Assembly: GCF_009914755.1 (NCBI RefSeq) | Contig: NC_060938.1 | Strand: one strand, 5' to 3' | DNA length: 64,000 nucleotides | Origin: the human T2T-CHM13v2.0 reference genome, Homo sapiens | Shown here: in pieces, positions 1-14,365 of the stretch | Position numbering within the stretch: the first letter of the stretch is position 1 | Layout of the letters: the number at the start of each line of letters is the position of its first letter | The notes under the pieces: model-generated | The model's input: only the letters and a program-made list of their open reading frames with translations | Told to the model about the DNA's origin: nothing | Databases searched by the model: none | Position numbers and translations under genes: made by a program

Positions 1-883
1 GAATGCAAGTGTTACTGAGGCAGAGAACATACAAAGACCTAGAAATTATAATGTGTTCACAGGAATTAAAATTATTCAGACTGGCTGAAGTGCCAGTGGA
101 AAGAGGATCATCTTGTCTGTTTTAAATATTTATGTATAAGCAGTGTATACATGTGTGTTTGATTTCTAATCATTGAGTTAGTGGCGGGAGGGTAGTTAGC
201 ATTTGAAGTACCCTAATCAAGAACACATTTGAAAATTTTTAATCAGAAGCCACATTTCAAAGGCAGTTATTACATGTGTTTGAGTTTCATTTTTGATCAG
301 TATTAACAAGCTTGTTAATTAGCATAACAAATGATAGAAATAACTTTTCATTGGTGAATTCATGGTGTTCAAGATATTGTACAGATACAACCTTTCTTTG
401 CTTGAATTCAGTGTAAGTTTCCATCAAGACCAATAGCCTGCAGAACCTTCAGAGTGACCAGGAGACTCTTTTAAGTCTGTTTACGTGGATGAAGGCAGAT
501 TATCTCTGCTGAGCCTAATAAAATGTTATCTGAAGCTTGCTACTTGTTGTGTCTGCCTCAAATAAATCTTTCATGCAAGGTTCTTAGGGAACAGATAATT
601 CATCTAAGCTTTCAGAACGAGCTTAATAACATTTTTTGTTCCTTTTTTCATTAATAAAGTTTTGCTGATGTGACAGAATTATTTCTGAGACTTGCTTTCA
701 TTATAACACAGAGTTTGACAGTGAGATTACTGGGGGAAGAAACCTATGTAGATATTGCTCATTTCTAAATATTGGAATCTATCAAAACCTGCTGTCTGCG
801 CCCCTCAAATAGTAGGTACGAATGATCGAGTTGGCTTAGATGGACTTGAACAAGTGAGCGTGTTGCATAAAACCTAGAGTACC

Positions 884-1867
884 ACATCCTCTCCAGCACC
901 TGTTGTTTCCTGACTTTTTAGTGATTGCCATTCTAACTGGTGTGAGATGGTATCTCACTGTGGTTTTGATTTGCATTTCTCTGATGGCCAGTGATGATGA
1001 GCATTTTTTCATGTGTGTCTTTTGGCTGCATAAATGTCTTCTTTTGAGAAGTGTCTGTCCATATCCTTCGCCCACTTGTTGATGGGGTTGTTTGTTTTTT
1101 TCTTGTAAATTCGTTTGAGTTCATTGTAGATTCTGGATATTAGCTCTTTGTCAGATGAGTAGATTGCAAAAATTTTCTCCCATTCAGTAGGTTGCCTGTT
1201 CACTCTAATGGTAGTTTCTTTTGTGGAGAAATAGGAAAACTTTTACGCTGTTGGTGGGACTGTAAACTAGTTCAGCCATTGTGGAAGTCAGTGTGGCAAT
1301 TCCTCAGGGATCTAGAACTAGAAATACCATTTGACCCAGCCATCCTATTACTGAGTATATACCCAAAGGATTATAAATCATGCTGCTATAAAGACATATG
1401 CACATGTATGTTTATTGTGGCACTATTCACAATAGCAAAGACTTGGAACCAACCCAAATGTCCAACAATGATAGACTGGATTAAGAAAATATGGCACATA
1501 TACACCATGGAATACTATGCAGCCATAAAAAATGATGAGTTCATGTCCTTTGTAGGGACATGGATGAAGCTGGAAACCATCATTCTCAGCAAACTATCGC
1601 AAGGACAAAAAACCAAATACCGCATGTTCTCACTCATAGGTGGGAATTGAACAATGAGAACACATGGTCACAGGAAGGGGAACATCACACACGGGGGCCT
1701 GTTGTGGGGTGGGGGGAGCGGAGGAGGGATAACATCAGGAGATATACCTAATGGTAAATGACGAGTTAATGGGTGCAGCACACCAACATGGCACATGTAT
1801 ACATATGTAACAAACCTGCACGTTGTGCACATGTACCCTAAAACTTAAAGTATAAAAAAAAAAAAAA
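884..1867 (+). mobile_element. 5'-truncated, 5'-inverted LINE-1 (L1PA3/L1PA4-like); 884-1222 inverted (-), 1223-1867 sense (+) with 3'UTR and poly(A)
   Basis: ORF2 C-terminal peptides on both strands ([17 protein letters not shown] on -, [15 protein letters not shown] on +); primate L1 3'UTR; A-tail; TSD acctagagtacc at 872-883 and 1869-1880. Confidence 0.95.
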
Positions 1868-1999
1868 CACCTAGAGTACCTTGAAACAACAGACAGTGGT
1901 TTTAAACATCATCCAGAATGCAAATGTATATGGGAGCACAAAATAATTTTATTCAGGATAACAAGATAACCAGATTGATATTTTAGAAAAAGCAATGGT

Positions 2000-2230
2000 C
2001 AGTAATTTTTAAAAGATTTACAGAGAGTGGAGATGTGGAACAAATCAGAAGAAAGAACAATGCCTGTTGCTGGTTAAGGGAGAGAAATCTGTGGCCTGAA
2101 CTAGGACAGTGGTAGTAGAAATGGGTTGATTGACTTAGACTCAAATTATAATGACAGGGTAGAATTACCAAAATTTACTTACTGGTGAAAGACGAACAGA
2201 ACAATTTGCTGAAGATGATGAGGATGTTGA
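2000..2230 (-). mobile_element. degraded L2 fragment
   Basis: ggcctgaactaggacagtggtagtagaaatgg resembles L2 ORF2 region; boundaries approximate. Confidence 0.4.
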
Positions 2231-2899
2231 GGATCTGACTAGAAGTAGCTTAATTTATACTTATGTGCATTTTGAAAACTTGCATGTCTAGGATATAAGC
2301 ATTTTCATCAAAATTGTCTTATATAATGACAAATCCCTTTATTATCTTGTAATTTTTAACTATTTCTGAATCTGATGAGAATTGTTGTTTTCCTCACTTT
2401 GACATTGCATAGCGGTGTCTACCTTACTGGCTAATTTTCAAATAAATAAATATTTATTTTTAATTTCAACTCCGTTTCTGTTTTTAATAAATTGATGTCT
2501 GCCTTTTAACTGTGATTTTATTTTAATTTATTTAATTGCACTTTTCTAAGGTTTTATCTGAGTACTTCTTAATTTTCAGTCTTTCTTAAAGTTTAGAAAC
2601 AATAACTTTTGTCTTTGATTCACTCTGGCCACAGTCTATATTTCTTGTTATCCTTTTTTTAAAAAACGCTATATGATTACAGTGTTAGATTTCTTTTTGA
2701 ATGACTGAAAATGGATTTATTTTTAATTGCAATAATTTGATTATTCTTTAGAGTTGACATTAATTTCTAGTTATAGTATAAATATAAAATGGATATTATT
2801 TATTTGATTGTAGTTCATATCTTCCCTGCTTCATTCTCCCCAAGTGAAATTACATGTACATTTCTAGATGTGTCCTCTGTTGTATACATCATTTATTAG

Positions 2900-3720
2900 T
2901 TATTTTTAATTGAGATGTAATTAACATTTATCAAAGTATACACTAAATGTATAAATTGATCAACTTCTATATATGCATATGCTTGTTTATGACAATCCAA
3001 ATTAGATACATAATATTACCATTATGCTAGAAGATTCCCTCTTACTAATTTACAAGCTATATCCTACACATAAAATATTATCTTGTTTATAAAATATAGT
3101 CCTCATTTGTGTTAGGTTTCTTTTGCTTAAAACAGTATGTTTATGCAATTTATCTATGTTATTAAGTGCAGTAGCTCAATTTTTAAAATTATTATTACTA
3201 TTAAGATGTAAATATGTGTCTTTTTTGTTGATGGGATATTTGAGTTGTTTCAAGCTTTTTAATGAATAGAAGTTTATCCACATTTTTGCACATGTCTTTT
3301 GATGGACGTATGCACTTAATTTTCTTGGGTATAAATCTAGAAGAGGCAAGCGTAGAGTAAATATATATTTGGCTGTAATAGAAGCCACTAAGTACATATT
3401 CAAAGGGCTGCCCAGTTTATACTCCATCAGGAAGTGTATGAGACTTCCAGTTGATACACATTTTGACAAATATTTGATAATTTTAGTTTTGCTAAAATTT
3501 ATCATTTAGTTTTTGTTTGTTTTATTAATATTTTAGCCACTCAAATGGTTGTATAATTGGAATGTTTTCTTCATAAGTGATGATGTTGAACACTTTTTCA
3601 TATGCTATGGGCCATTTGGATAACCTCTTTTGTGAAGGGCCTGTGTGAACCTTTTTTGTATTTCTCAATTGGATTGTTATGGCTATTTCTTTAAGAATTC
3701 TTTTGTATTATATGAGAATT
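2900..3720 (-). mobile_element. old L1M (L1ME-like) 3' fragment
   Basis: L1M motifs: gttgatgggatatttgagttgtttc, ttttcttgggtataaatctag, gatgttgaacactttttcatatgc. Confidence 0.7.
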
Positions 3721-5102
3721 TCTCAAGGTTTCCTTCTAATTACTGATGCAGGTTTTGCAATATCTAATTGGCCATCCAAAAGTATTTTTCAATCTCAAAT
3801 ATATTTTTTTCACATATTTCTTTTGGAAGTCACCTTTCTGGAACCTCAAATTTTTTTATTAATACATATAAGGTCTTTAATGATTATTTCTAGAATACAA
3901 ATTACATTTTAAAAGCACTTTCATATTAGGTTTTTCTCATTTAGGAATATTTATTGTGATTTCTTAGATTGTCTCTCATTGACTCCATTTTCAGGCCAGT
4001 TATGTCTAAGTAATAGAAATATGGCTGCCAAGCGTGCTGCACTGTCATTGCCAGAGTTTAACTGCTTTTTATAAAGGGAACTTTTCTCTTTGCAACAATT
4101 TCTTAAAAGTCAAGGCCTGGTATTTATGGGCCCAAAGATGATCAGGGCCATCAATTTGTTCAGAGAGATGGATATATCAGTTAGCTTAGACTTGAGTTAT
4201 ATGCCAATCCCAAGAGTAATTACTATGATCCATCTTACCCAGACAAAGGGAAAAAGGGTGGAGTAGCATGGTTTCACCAAAGCTAAAGCACAGTACCTTC
4301 ATTAGGATAAAGATGAATGAATACAAGGCAGGCAAGCTCTCCAAATGCACACTATATGTATCCTTAAGAAGCAGGTCTACACACTTGTTCAATATTTGGA
4401 GTGGGCATTTTTTTTTCTCTCAGAGACTGTACTGCTCCTTTATCAATTATTTTATTCTAGAACAAAGATAAAGGAGACAATTTATATTATTTAGAGCTTT
4501 AATTTTTCTTCATATTAGCAGTTCAGGTAAGCAGAAACTATGTGTTCAATAATTGCAATAACACCGTAGAAGCTACATTTCTGAGCTGAGAGGTGGGTTT
4601 TCTATATTTATTCTGTATCCTAAAGTTACCAAGGGACACACATTAATTAATTTCCAACTTACAGAACTCAGAAGTATCACTCAGTAGCGTCCCATCCCAT
4701 TTTCCTTACAATGGTAGTTTAGGACTGACCATTCTGACAGAGAGCATGCATATTAATACCCACTATTCCTACTCTTAGCATACTGGTCCTCTGCTCATTC
4801 TCATTTCCAGGCATGAAAGTTCCAAACTCAAGGGTGATTGTACCTTATTAAACTTCTAGGATCCAGACTGAGGTAGAAAAGCTGCTACTACAAGAGCCCC
4901 TTGTGCATCATGCTGAAATAATTACTGAAAACGTTCAGTTTATGGCCTATGGTTGGCGCTTTTCTTTGATTTTCATCACTGACATAATTGTCATTATTTT
5001 TGTTCCCTTTCTCTTAGTCATTTCAACTGTGACCAGGGAGGGAAATTCCATCATATATTGCAAATCTGATTAAGTTTTATTTTTAAATGGTTAGTTTACT
5101 AA

Positions 5103-5129
5103 AAATAAATAAATAAATAAATAAATAAA
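5103..5129. repeat. (AAAT)n microsatellite
   Basis: direct reading. Confidence 0.85.
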
Positions 5130-6789
5130 ATCACATCCATCAAGGCATGAAGGGCAAACTGAAATGTTCCTATTCACAAACCCAGCATGGGTGTATTTCT
5201 TATTCTCAGCAAAAAAGTCCAGAACATAGACTTACCCACACTTGGGTTGGCACCCACCATGCTACCTTACTGATTTCACAGTGGTGACAAGGGATGACAT
5301 TCTTTCTTATAGGCTTTAATTGACAATGCAGATTTAGTCATTGCCTTTATTTAGAGCTCTTAAAAGAGTTATCAGAAAAGAAGGAGATAACTTGATTGCC
5401 GTTAATTGATGGTCTGTCCAAAGATAATTTAACAGTGGGATAACTTTCTTTACCTAATCTAAATTAAGAAACTTATTACACCTTTCCCTTTAATGAGAAG
5501 TTTTGTCAATACTTTGAGGCCTAACAGAATGACCTTTAGGAAAGAGGTAGTGTTAGGTGCTGCCAGTTGGCTTTATGAAGATGAAGAAATAAAATTTTCT
5601 TTAATAGTATACATAGTCCCAAAATATTACTGTGTCGTCTCTCTCTTTCTCTCTCTCATTTATCTTTTCTCTTTTAAATTTAGCTTATTCATAGATCTAC
5701 TATTTTGTTTGGCATGGATTGTAGATAGAGCCACTGGAATATTTGTCAAGGATCTTGTTCTGTTCATAGTAGTCAATAAATGTTTATTCAAGTAACATTG
5801 ATATGATTACTTATTGCTGCTGATGCCATATCTGTTCTGTGACCTAAATAAAAATTCAAGTCTTTGCTGATAATTTGGCACCGTTGAAATGCATTACATT
5901 GACTTGAAAGGAGAACAAAAATGGACCAATAAGAAGCAAGCTATATAAAATGTAATAACTCTGAATTTAAATAGAAACAAAATAACATCATGCCAAGCAG
6001 GTATTTTTGTCCCTCAGCTTAATTCGTAACAGGCATTTCTGTTCATATTTGGATATTTTTGCTAACTAGCATATTTGAAGGTTGCTGTAAGGTTGTGATC
6101 ATGTGAAAATCTGAAAGGATGTATAAAACAAAAGTAACAAGGTGGCAGTGACGGGGCGAAGGAACATCACAATTCTGTGAGAGTAGAATGATAAATTATC
6201 TGAGTGGATGGTTCTAGGGGGCTCAATTTTATGGATACCTGTTTCCCCTCTAGCACAGAGCTCTCATTGTCTTACAACAGAACTCTGATCTTGAAGAGAA
6301 AATTGTAGTCAGTAGGATTGAGTCTATTCTTATGCCCTGTCTTGGCAATAATTTTAAAGGACATATGTCTTTCAAATAATACTCTTGGTTTTGATGGTGG
6401 CAACAAGAGGTCAGTAAATTTATTAATGATAGAAGGAAGAGATAGAAATATATGAAGGTGAAAATCCCAAATCACGGCAATAAACTCCTTTTCTCGCAAA
6501 GCTGGATATAAAAGGAATACCATTAGAGAAGCTTAAATCAGACACCCTCAGAACCGCACAAAGTTTCAGTTTGTGTAGTTTTTTTGCTATTTTCTTTTTA
6601 ATTTAAAGGTAGAATCTTTGATAGCCTATAAGAAAATATTTACCGATTTAAAGTTTCCACCCACAATCCAGTCCAATTGAAGGAGCCATTTGTAGAGGCA
6701 TGTTTATCTTGTGCTTTTGGCCTTCCATATCCTTGGGGTGACTCATGACTTCTGAGAATCAATGAAATTTTATTGACTCTGTACGCCAC

Positions 6790-7730
6790 CTGCTTCCCCT
6801 GATGGCTTGCCCAGCACCTTATGCATACTTGGGCCATGCACTGACTATGCTTATTTGAATTGCTGTGCTTAGAGATAAGTCATTCCACAGCATTGTGAAT
6901 TCTTTAAGGGTAAAGCCCATTTCTTATTCAGCACTGTATCCCCAGCAAGTAGCAGAGTGCTGGCTCCAAAGGGAGCTCAATAAATGTTTTCTAAATAAAT
7001 GAGTGATTTAAGACAGTTGAAATTTTAAGTTGAGGGTGGAATGTGGTACGTTGTCTCATCTCTTTTAATTAGTCATGGAATATCTGTGGTAAATTTTCAA
7101 TATAAATTTTCAGAAATATGTTCAACTGGGGGACAAGACAAAGAAAAATGAGGAGATGAGGCTGAGAGTGAAACGTAAGAGGCAGTGTTGGAAGAAAAGG
7201 AGGTGTGTTGAGGTTAGCATCTATTAATTCAGACATTTATTCTTGATTAATATGCACCACCACATATTCTGGATTTGGAAATTTTCTTAGTGAAGGACAT
7301 TTACGCAGTAGAAATAGAGTGTTGAGCAAGAGAGTTATCAAAGATTGTTATTTGATAGGGGAAGATAAATTGTTAACTTCTTGCCAGTACGTAAATAAGC
7401 AAGGAAATTAGATACTGATACATGCTATGAAGAGGGTAAGAGTGGGTGAAGAGGCAGAGAGGCTAATGTGCCTGAGAAGTGCTCTCCCAAGAGGCAACAT
7501 TTAATTTGAAGCTGAAAGATGAGAAGGAAGCAGTCATAGGAAGATAGAGAGAAGAAGTTTTTGAAACAGGAGAAAGAGCAAATGAAAATGTCTAATATGA
7601 GAAGAAGTTTCATATGTTCAAAAGACAGGGAAAAAATGCCACTGTGGATGAATTTGTCAAACAAGGCATAGAGTGGGTGGAGATTAATTGAAAAGGAAGA
7701 AAGAAAATAGATCTTAGGAAATTTCACAGG
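6790..7730. mobile_element. L2 fragments
   Basis: L2 3'-end motif cactgtatccccagc...gctcaataaatgttt (~6930-6990) and purine-rich L2 body (7230-7730). Confidence 0.55.
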
Positions 7731-7764
7731 TAGGGCTACTATTCACTGGTATGTATTTAGGGTG

Positions 7765-8020
7765 CTGGTGGTTAAAACATTGAAATATTTCTACACTGCT
7801 TGATAATAAGCATTAAACCTCCAAAGAGACATTCCAGTTCCCCAGCTTCCTGTGGTGTCAAATGAGGCCCTTGAGTCTCTATCAAGGCTACACTTCTCTC
7901 TCTACCCAATTTTGCTTCCTCATCTCCCTTACTGATGATCTTAAGGTCACTTCCTAATAATCTTCCTGAGCAATAAACTCTCTCAGAGTCTGTTTTCTGG
8001 TGAAACCAAAGCACAGCATG
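7765..8020 (+). mobile_element. old ERVL-type LTR fragment (LTR40/41/16-like)
   Basis: 3' end cctaataatcttcctgagcaataaactctctcagagtctgttttctgg resembles ERVL LTR terminus. Confidence 0.45.
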
Positions 8021-8957
8021 CATTAAATGGCATCAATGATAAAATTATCATTTTGTCCAGACACTGAAATTATTTCCTTAGGAAATAATTAGTGCCTTAT
8101 ATAAATAAACCAGATTAAACATTTTTTTCTAAACCAAATCAGAATAAAGAATGTTTTAATAGTTTTATTTTAATATCGTTTCTATTTGGTGAATATATAG
8201 AGAAATTCATGTAAAGTGAAAACTTTATGCCAAGACAAAATCATTTTTGAAAGAATTAAATTTGTGAGTTTAAAGATATCTACTATGAAATATATAGAGC
8301 TTATGTATTTCACTTCTGACTCAAATATTTTAATATTTTATATACAAAGAAAGATAACATGATATTAAACAATAGAAAAAGTGAGCCAATTTTTACATAA
8401 ATTCAAAAATAGCATTCAGTTTATATTGTGGGGCAAATATATTTATTTCTTCAGTTCAAATCTTTACTAAATTGCATCTTAATAGCTGTAGCAAAACAGC
8501 CCATATGGTAGTAACTGCATAATATATTTATAAAGTGGCAATTTTCCACATACAGGATGTGTCAATTTTCTAAGAACAGAGAAGTTTCTTAATTACTGTG
8601 GTTGTTCCTTATCGCTACTTCAGACATTTCCTTCTTAATTCAAATCTACTGGGACATAGTTTATCCATGCAAGACAGCAACTCTAAGTTTCAACATATAT
8701 TTGCATATGTAAAGTGGAACTCATGTTTGCACAGTGCTTTCTACATTTAGCCTAGCAGTCTCATGGAAATCCATTCATAAAGAAAATTTTTCAAGTGTAT
8801 GTACAGAAATTGCAGGTGCAGGGACAGTCTTTTTCCCCAGCAAAGGTTACTGTATTTTAAAAATATCCATTCAAAATAAAGCATATGCCAAGGCTTTACT
8901 ATGCTTCAATGTGTAAATAGAATTGTCCCTCTTAGGATTTGTTGTATTTATGTATGT

Positions 8958-8970
8958 TCGTTCGTTCTTT

Positions 8971-9037
<67 letters not shown>

Positions 9038-9052
9038 CTTTCTTTCTTTCTT

Positions 9053-9089
<37 letters not shown>

Positions 9090-9136
9090 CTTTTTTCTCT
9101 CTCTCTCTCTTACTCTCTCTTTCTTTCTTTCTTTCT
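8958..9136. repeat. complex (TTTC)n/(TC)n microsatellite, expanded Alu tail
   Basis: about 180 bp near-pure pyrimidine tract abutting the Alu 3' end. Confidence 0.95.
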
Positions 9137-9502
<366 letters not shown>

Positions 9503-11167
9503 GTATTTCTTTGATAACTTATATAACATATATTTATTTTATAACTAGGGAATAACTTGCCAGTGAGCTTGTGCTTGCTCAGATGGATCATGTAGACTCT
9601 GTATGTTCTGAACTCTTTTTTCTGGTTTCAAATTTAGAAGTATAATGTTAATGAAAGAAAAGGGATCAGGATATCAATAATCTGAATACAGACAGACAGA
9701 AATAGAAGATATGGAATATGTGAGCACTATGAGTGTGAAAGGATTATCTAGTCTAGATCTCTGCAAATCAAATACCTCTAGACTTCAGATAGGTTACTGC
9801 CCAGGTGTTGGAAAATAAGTAATGGTCATACTAGACAGAGCCAGTCCCTTCTAAAGGCAATCAAAAGAAAGATTTTTTAAAAAAAGGAGCAATTCTGCAA
9901 GTCTTAGTCAGTGGGCCACCACTGAGGACCCCCGCTCATCTATCCAACCTTTTATTTTTCACTGATGTGAACCCGGAGTGCAGTGATTAGCCAGCTTGCC
10001 ATACTAACACTTTGTATTTTCACAGTGAAGCTGATGGGAAGGAGCTAGAGATGGAGCTGAAGTCTCCTGACAACTAGGGTGGAGCTCTTTCTCTCAGAAG
10101 TTGATACACTGGGAATACAGTAAAGATTTCTCTCTTCAACTGGACACTCCCAAATTCCATTAAATCTTTAACAGTTATTTTCAAATGCAACTAACATGTA
10201 CTAGATTCACTACCATTTAATCCTCTTAGAATTGCTCTTTCCTAAATTACCCAGATTGTGAGGCAACTATGATACACAATGTCAGAAAAAAATTCTGTGT
10301 ATTTATTTCACCTATGAAAAATAATTTCTGTTGGATCAATTCTGTTAATTTTCCCTGTGTTGGTATTTTTAGTTTCTAAGTCAGGCATGCTGATGCACAA
10401 GAAAAGAAAGCAATTTACAACTCTGCAAAGAAATACAGCCTCTTCCACTTCATTTATGTTTCATCTTGATTATCAACACATTTGTCATCCCCCTGTAATT
10501 TATTCATTATTTTTACCAGAGGAATATGAAGGGAAAAAAAGAAGATGAGTGCACTTGTCAAAATGTGAAACAGATGCTCTAACAATGATTGGAGACAATT
10601 AATGTTCGCTGGAAGAAGCAACAGGCTGGGTTTGTGTTTAGCTTCAGATTTTTACAGCAAACAGACTTGGGGAAAATGCAAATGTGAAATAAGGTTTTTA
10701 TTTTCCAAGCAAAGAAAAACACTATTCTCTGATTACACTGTTGTGCATTTCTGTTATGATTTGACAGTTTAGATCTTTCAGCTAAATCATTAAGAACAAT
10801 GGGAGCACAATATGAATTTTGAAGTGTGATTCAATAACACTTCCCTCTGAATCACCTGAAAATGTCTTAGGATGTTACATGGCTGTAAGGTAGTGGACCA
10901 CCAAGCAGAATGAAGATAAATGTTTATGTCTGATCACACCTTAATTCCAACTGGGCACAAAAAAGTAAGAGCGCCTCCACCCATCTCTGCAATATATCCA
11001 TTTGCTCTTTTTGTAATTGAAGTGAAGATCTTTCAGATTCATCACCTTCTAGACCTCTACAATCTGTTCCTCCTTCCTACCTAGGTACCTACTCCTAAGA
11101 TTCTACTCTAGACCTTGAATCACTAAAGTCTCATTCCCTGACTATCAACTCCTATTCTTATGTGTCC

Positions 11168-11538
11168 TGATATGGTTTGGCTATGTCCCCACCCAAATCT
11201 CATCATGAATTGTAGTTCCCATCATCCTCATGTGTTGTGGGAGGGAGCTGGTGGGAGGTAATTTAATCATAGGTGCGGTTACCCTCATGCTGTTCTTGTG
11301 ATAGTGATTCATTCTCATGAGATCTGATGGTTTTATAAGGGGCTTTCCTCCTTTTGCTTGGCACTTCTTGCTTCCACCATGTGAAGAACGACGTGTTTAC
11401 TTCTCCATCTGCCATGATTGTACATTTCCTGAGGCCTCCTTAACCATGCAGAACTGTGAGTCAATTAAACCTCTTTCCTTTATTAATTACCCAGTCTCCG
11501 GTATGTCTTTATTAGCAGCATGAGAATGGACTAATACA
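11168..11538 (+). mobile_element. THE1 (THE1B/D-like) MaLR solo LTR
   Basis: tgatatggtttggctatgtccccacccaaatctc ... ggactaataca termini. Confidence 0.93.
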
Positions 11539-11744
11539 GCTCCCTTACTTATCCTAGCCACTCACTCCAGCACTCTCAGTCTAACAATTTTCCAACCACA
11601 TTGAATTCATTATTTCTATAACAAATATTCAATGATCTCCTGCCTTCAAACTCTTATGAGGATCAAACCACCCCATACCCAGTGTTAGACTCACTTCAGA
11701 GTTATGATCACAAATACCAAATGTGCCCTCAACAACCTATATGA

Positions 11745-12130
11745 GACTTTAGAGTAGATTAGGCTGTCAGAAAATTAAATGCCAAGCACACAATGGTTTG
11801 ACTGATGTTTACCCTCATTGATATAACGGGCCAAAGAGGATGTTCTGGTCAGGACATGAGATGACTCTTCTCAACTGGCGATCCAGGGGCAAAAACTCTC
11901 TCCATCACCTGTCTTTGGCATTAACAGGGGATTAATGATTGTCTGCACCCAGCTGGAAGAAAGAAAATAAGGGGGCATAAAGAGGACTCCGCTGTTTCTC
12001 AGATGTTTTGTTTGAAAATGATACATGTTTTTCTGCTCACTTGCAATTAGATAGAGCTCAGTTCATGCCCACCATCTTTTGAAAGGCAATCTGGAAAGTG
12101 AAGTCTAGTTCTGAGGCCAGGAAAAAGAGG
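11745..12130 (-). mobile_element. old MLT1 (MLT1K/L-like) LTR
   Basis: degenerate MaLR motifs (gattaggctg, gatccagggg, catgccccaccatct...ggcaatctggaaagtgaagtc). Confidence 0.45.
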
Positions 12131-12909
12131 TGTGCAAAGTATGGTTAAAGTTTACACAAATTTGTTGACAGCAATATTGGAGAAAATCAACTAACTGGGA
12201 AACAAAAATACACTCCAGGTAATTTGAATTTGAAGTGAGGGTCTTGCTATAATAAATTCAATTTTTTCAAAAGATCTTTTTTTTTTTCGAAAAAAGCCAT
12301 TTATTTATTTCTTCATGAATAAATGCAATGTTTAGAACATAAACATATCCTTATTTTATTTTCAGAATAAATTTCTAGAGAACTGGCAACATGCTCAATT
12401 GTGATTATTCAAGACTGCAGACATATAAGGTGAAAAAAACCTTCAGTAAATCTATATTGGCTGAAGGCCACATCTTGGAAGTAATTGGAAGCGTTTATTT
12501 AAAAGATTCCCTCATATAATCTTCTTTTTCTTTCTCTTACTCTTTAATGTAGTAGTTTAATTTTATGGAGATCTATTTGCATTTTTCTTTATAAGGAAAA
12601 AAAGCATTTGTTATAATGTTGACTATAAAAGTAAGACATACCTATAATAGAAAACATGAAAAATATAAAAGAGCATAAAAATGAATCAATTTAACCTCTC
12701 CACCTGGGCATGAGTTTTAAACAGTTTTATTTCCTACTATCATAAGCTGAAGTATATTATTTCTTGTGTGTCCACAGTTTTATCTTGTTGACTGTTATGT
12801 CTCCAAACACTAGCACAGTTCCAGGTACACAGTAGAAACTCAAAAATAGATTTTGAATTTTAAAAATAGAATTCCTTTCCTTGTTTCCTTCTGCACAGTT
12901 TTTAGATAG

Positions 12910-13296
<387 letters not shown>

Positions 13297-14079
13297 GTTA
13301 AAAAGTTTCTATAAACACCATGTTCAATATCTGCACATAATAATCTCATATGGACATATCAGATATTATCCAGTTAGGCCCTATTTTTAATTATTTAGAT
13401 GGATTCTAAAAGTTTGCTTCAAGTATTAATAATTTGGTTTTAAAATATTTTAGATGGAGTCTACTGTTTACTTGCCAAAATCTATTGACACAGCTGCACA
13501 AAGCCTCCCTATACACCGCCCCCTGCCCTTTACTTCTACATAATGGAGTTGTAATTGATTGGTAAGTCAGTGACTATGATTTCTAGCCTGTCCTTCCAGC
13601 TAGATGTGCCCAGGTGACTAGGTTCCTACCAACAAATTTAACTGAAGGTCTCACATACTTCTTTCAGGACAAACCTCATATTCACAAGATATAAGTAACC
13701 TGGGTCCCTAAATCTTGAAATGGAGCATTCACCTCTGATGATTACATGAAAGAGAATTCCTTGTTCCTGAACCAACATTACTTTTGGTCCTGTAACAATA
13801 GCTAGGGTTTTTGCTAGTAACTCGTACAGCCACACACTCCATCAATGAATATGTTTTCAGCCTGCGCTAGAGACTGAACCATCTGTTGTGATCGTGATCC
13901 ACAAGTGTTCTTGTCTAAAGCAGAAAACTATGTTTTTAAGAACCACTTTTCCCGTGTGCTTTCAAATCAGAGTTTACAAATGAATGAATAATAGACTGGA
14001 GGTTGATTTCCACTTGGAAATCTATCGCGTAAAAGTCAGTCTGACCACCTGCTTTGTTGGATTCAGGAATACTCTTGAA

Positions 14080-14365
14080 ATGTGATTCTTAAATTTTGAT
14101 GTGAATCAGAATTACCTGGAGGGCTTGCTGAATCAGATTGTTGAGTCCAGCCCCAGAGTTTGTGGTTCGGTAGATGTGGGGTAGGGTCAAATGCATGCAT
14201 TTTTAAAAATAAGTACACATTGTAGAGTAGTTTAAGGTTTATAGCAAAATTCAGGAGAAGGTACAAATTTTCCATATACTGCCTGCCCCCACGATAACAT
14301 GCATCAGTATGCTCCCAGACAATGCTGATAGTGCTGCTCTTGACGTTACACTTTGAGAACCACTA
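14080..14365. mobile_element. MER5A (hAT-Charlie MITE), interrupted at 14201-14292
   Basis: atcagaattacctggagggcttg ... cactttgagaaccact; 8-bp TSD ctcttgaa / ttcttgag. Confidence 0.8.
14201..14292 (-). mobile_element. short L1MA/L1MB 3' end nested in MER5A
   Basis: tagagtagtttaaggtttatagcaaaattcaggagaaggtaca matches L1MA/MB 3' terminus; flanked by catgcat repeats. Confidence 0.65.

Noticed and set aside
302-319. Perfect 18-bp palindrome attaacaagcttgttaat
   Set aside because: 9-bp AT-rich arms are expected by chance about once in a window this size.
836-1751. ORFs of 63-152 aa with L1 ORF2-like peptides
   Set aside because: Fragments of a truncated, inverted L1; not host genes.
8068-8090. 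11-bp inverted repeat aattatttcct-t-aggaaataatt
   Set aside because: Isolated and AT-rich with no supporting context.
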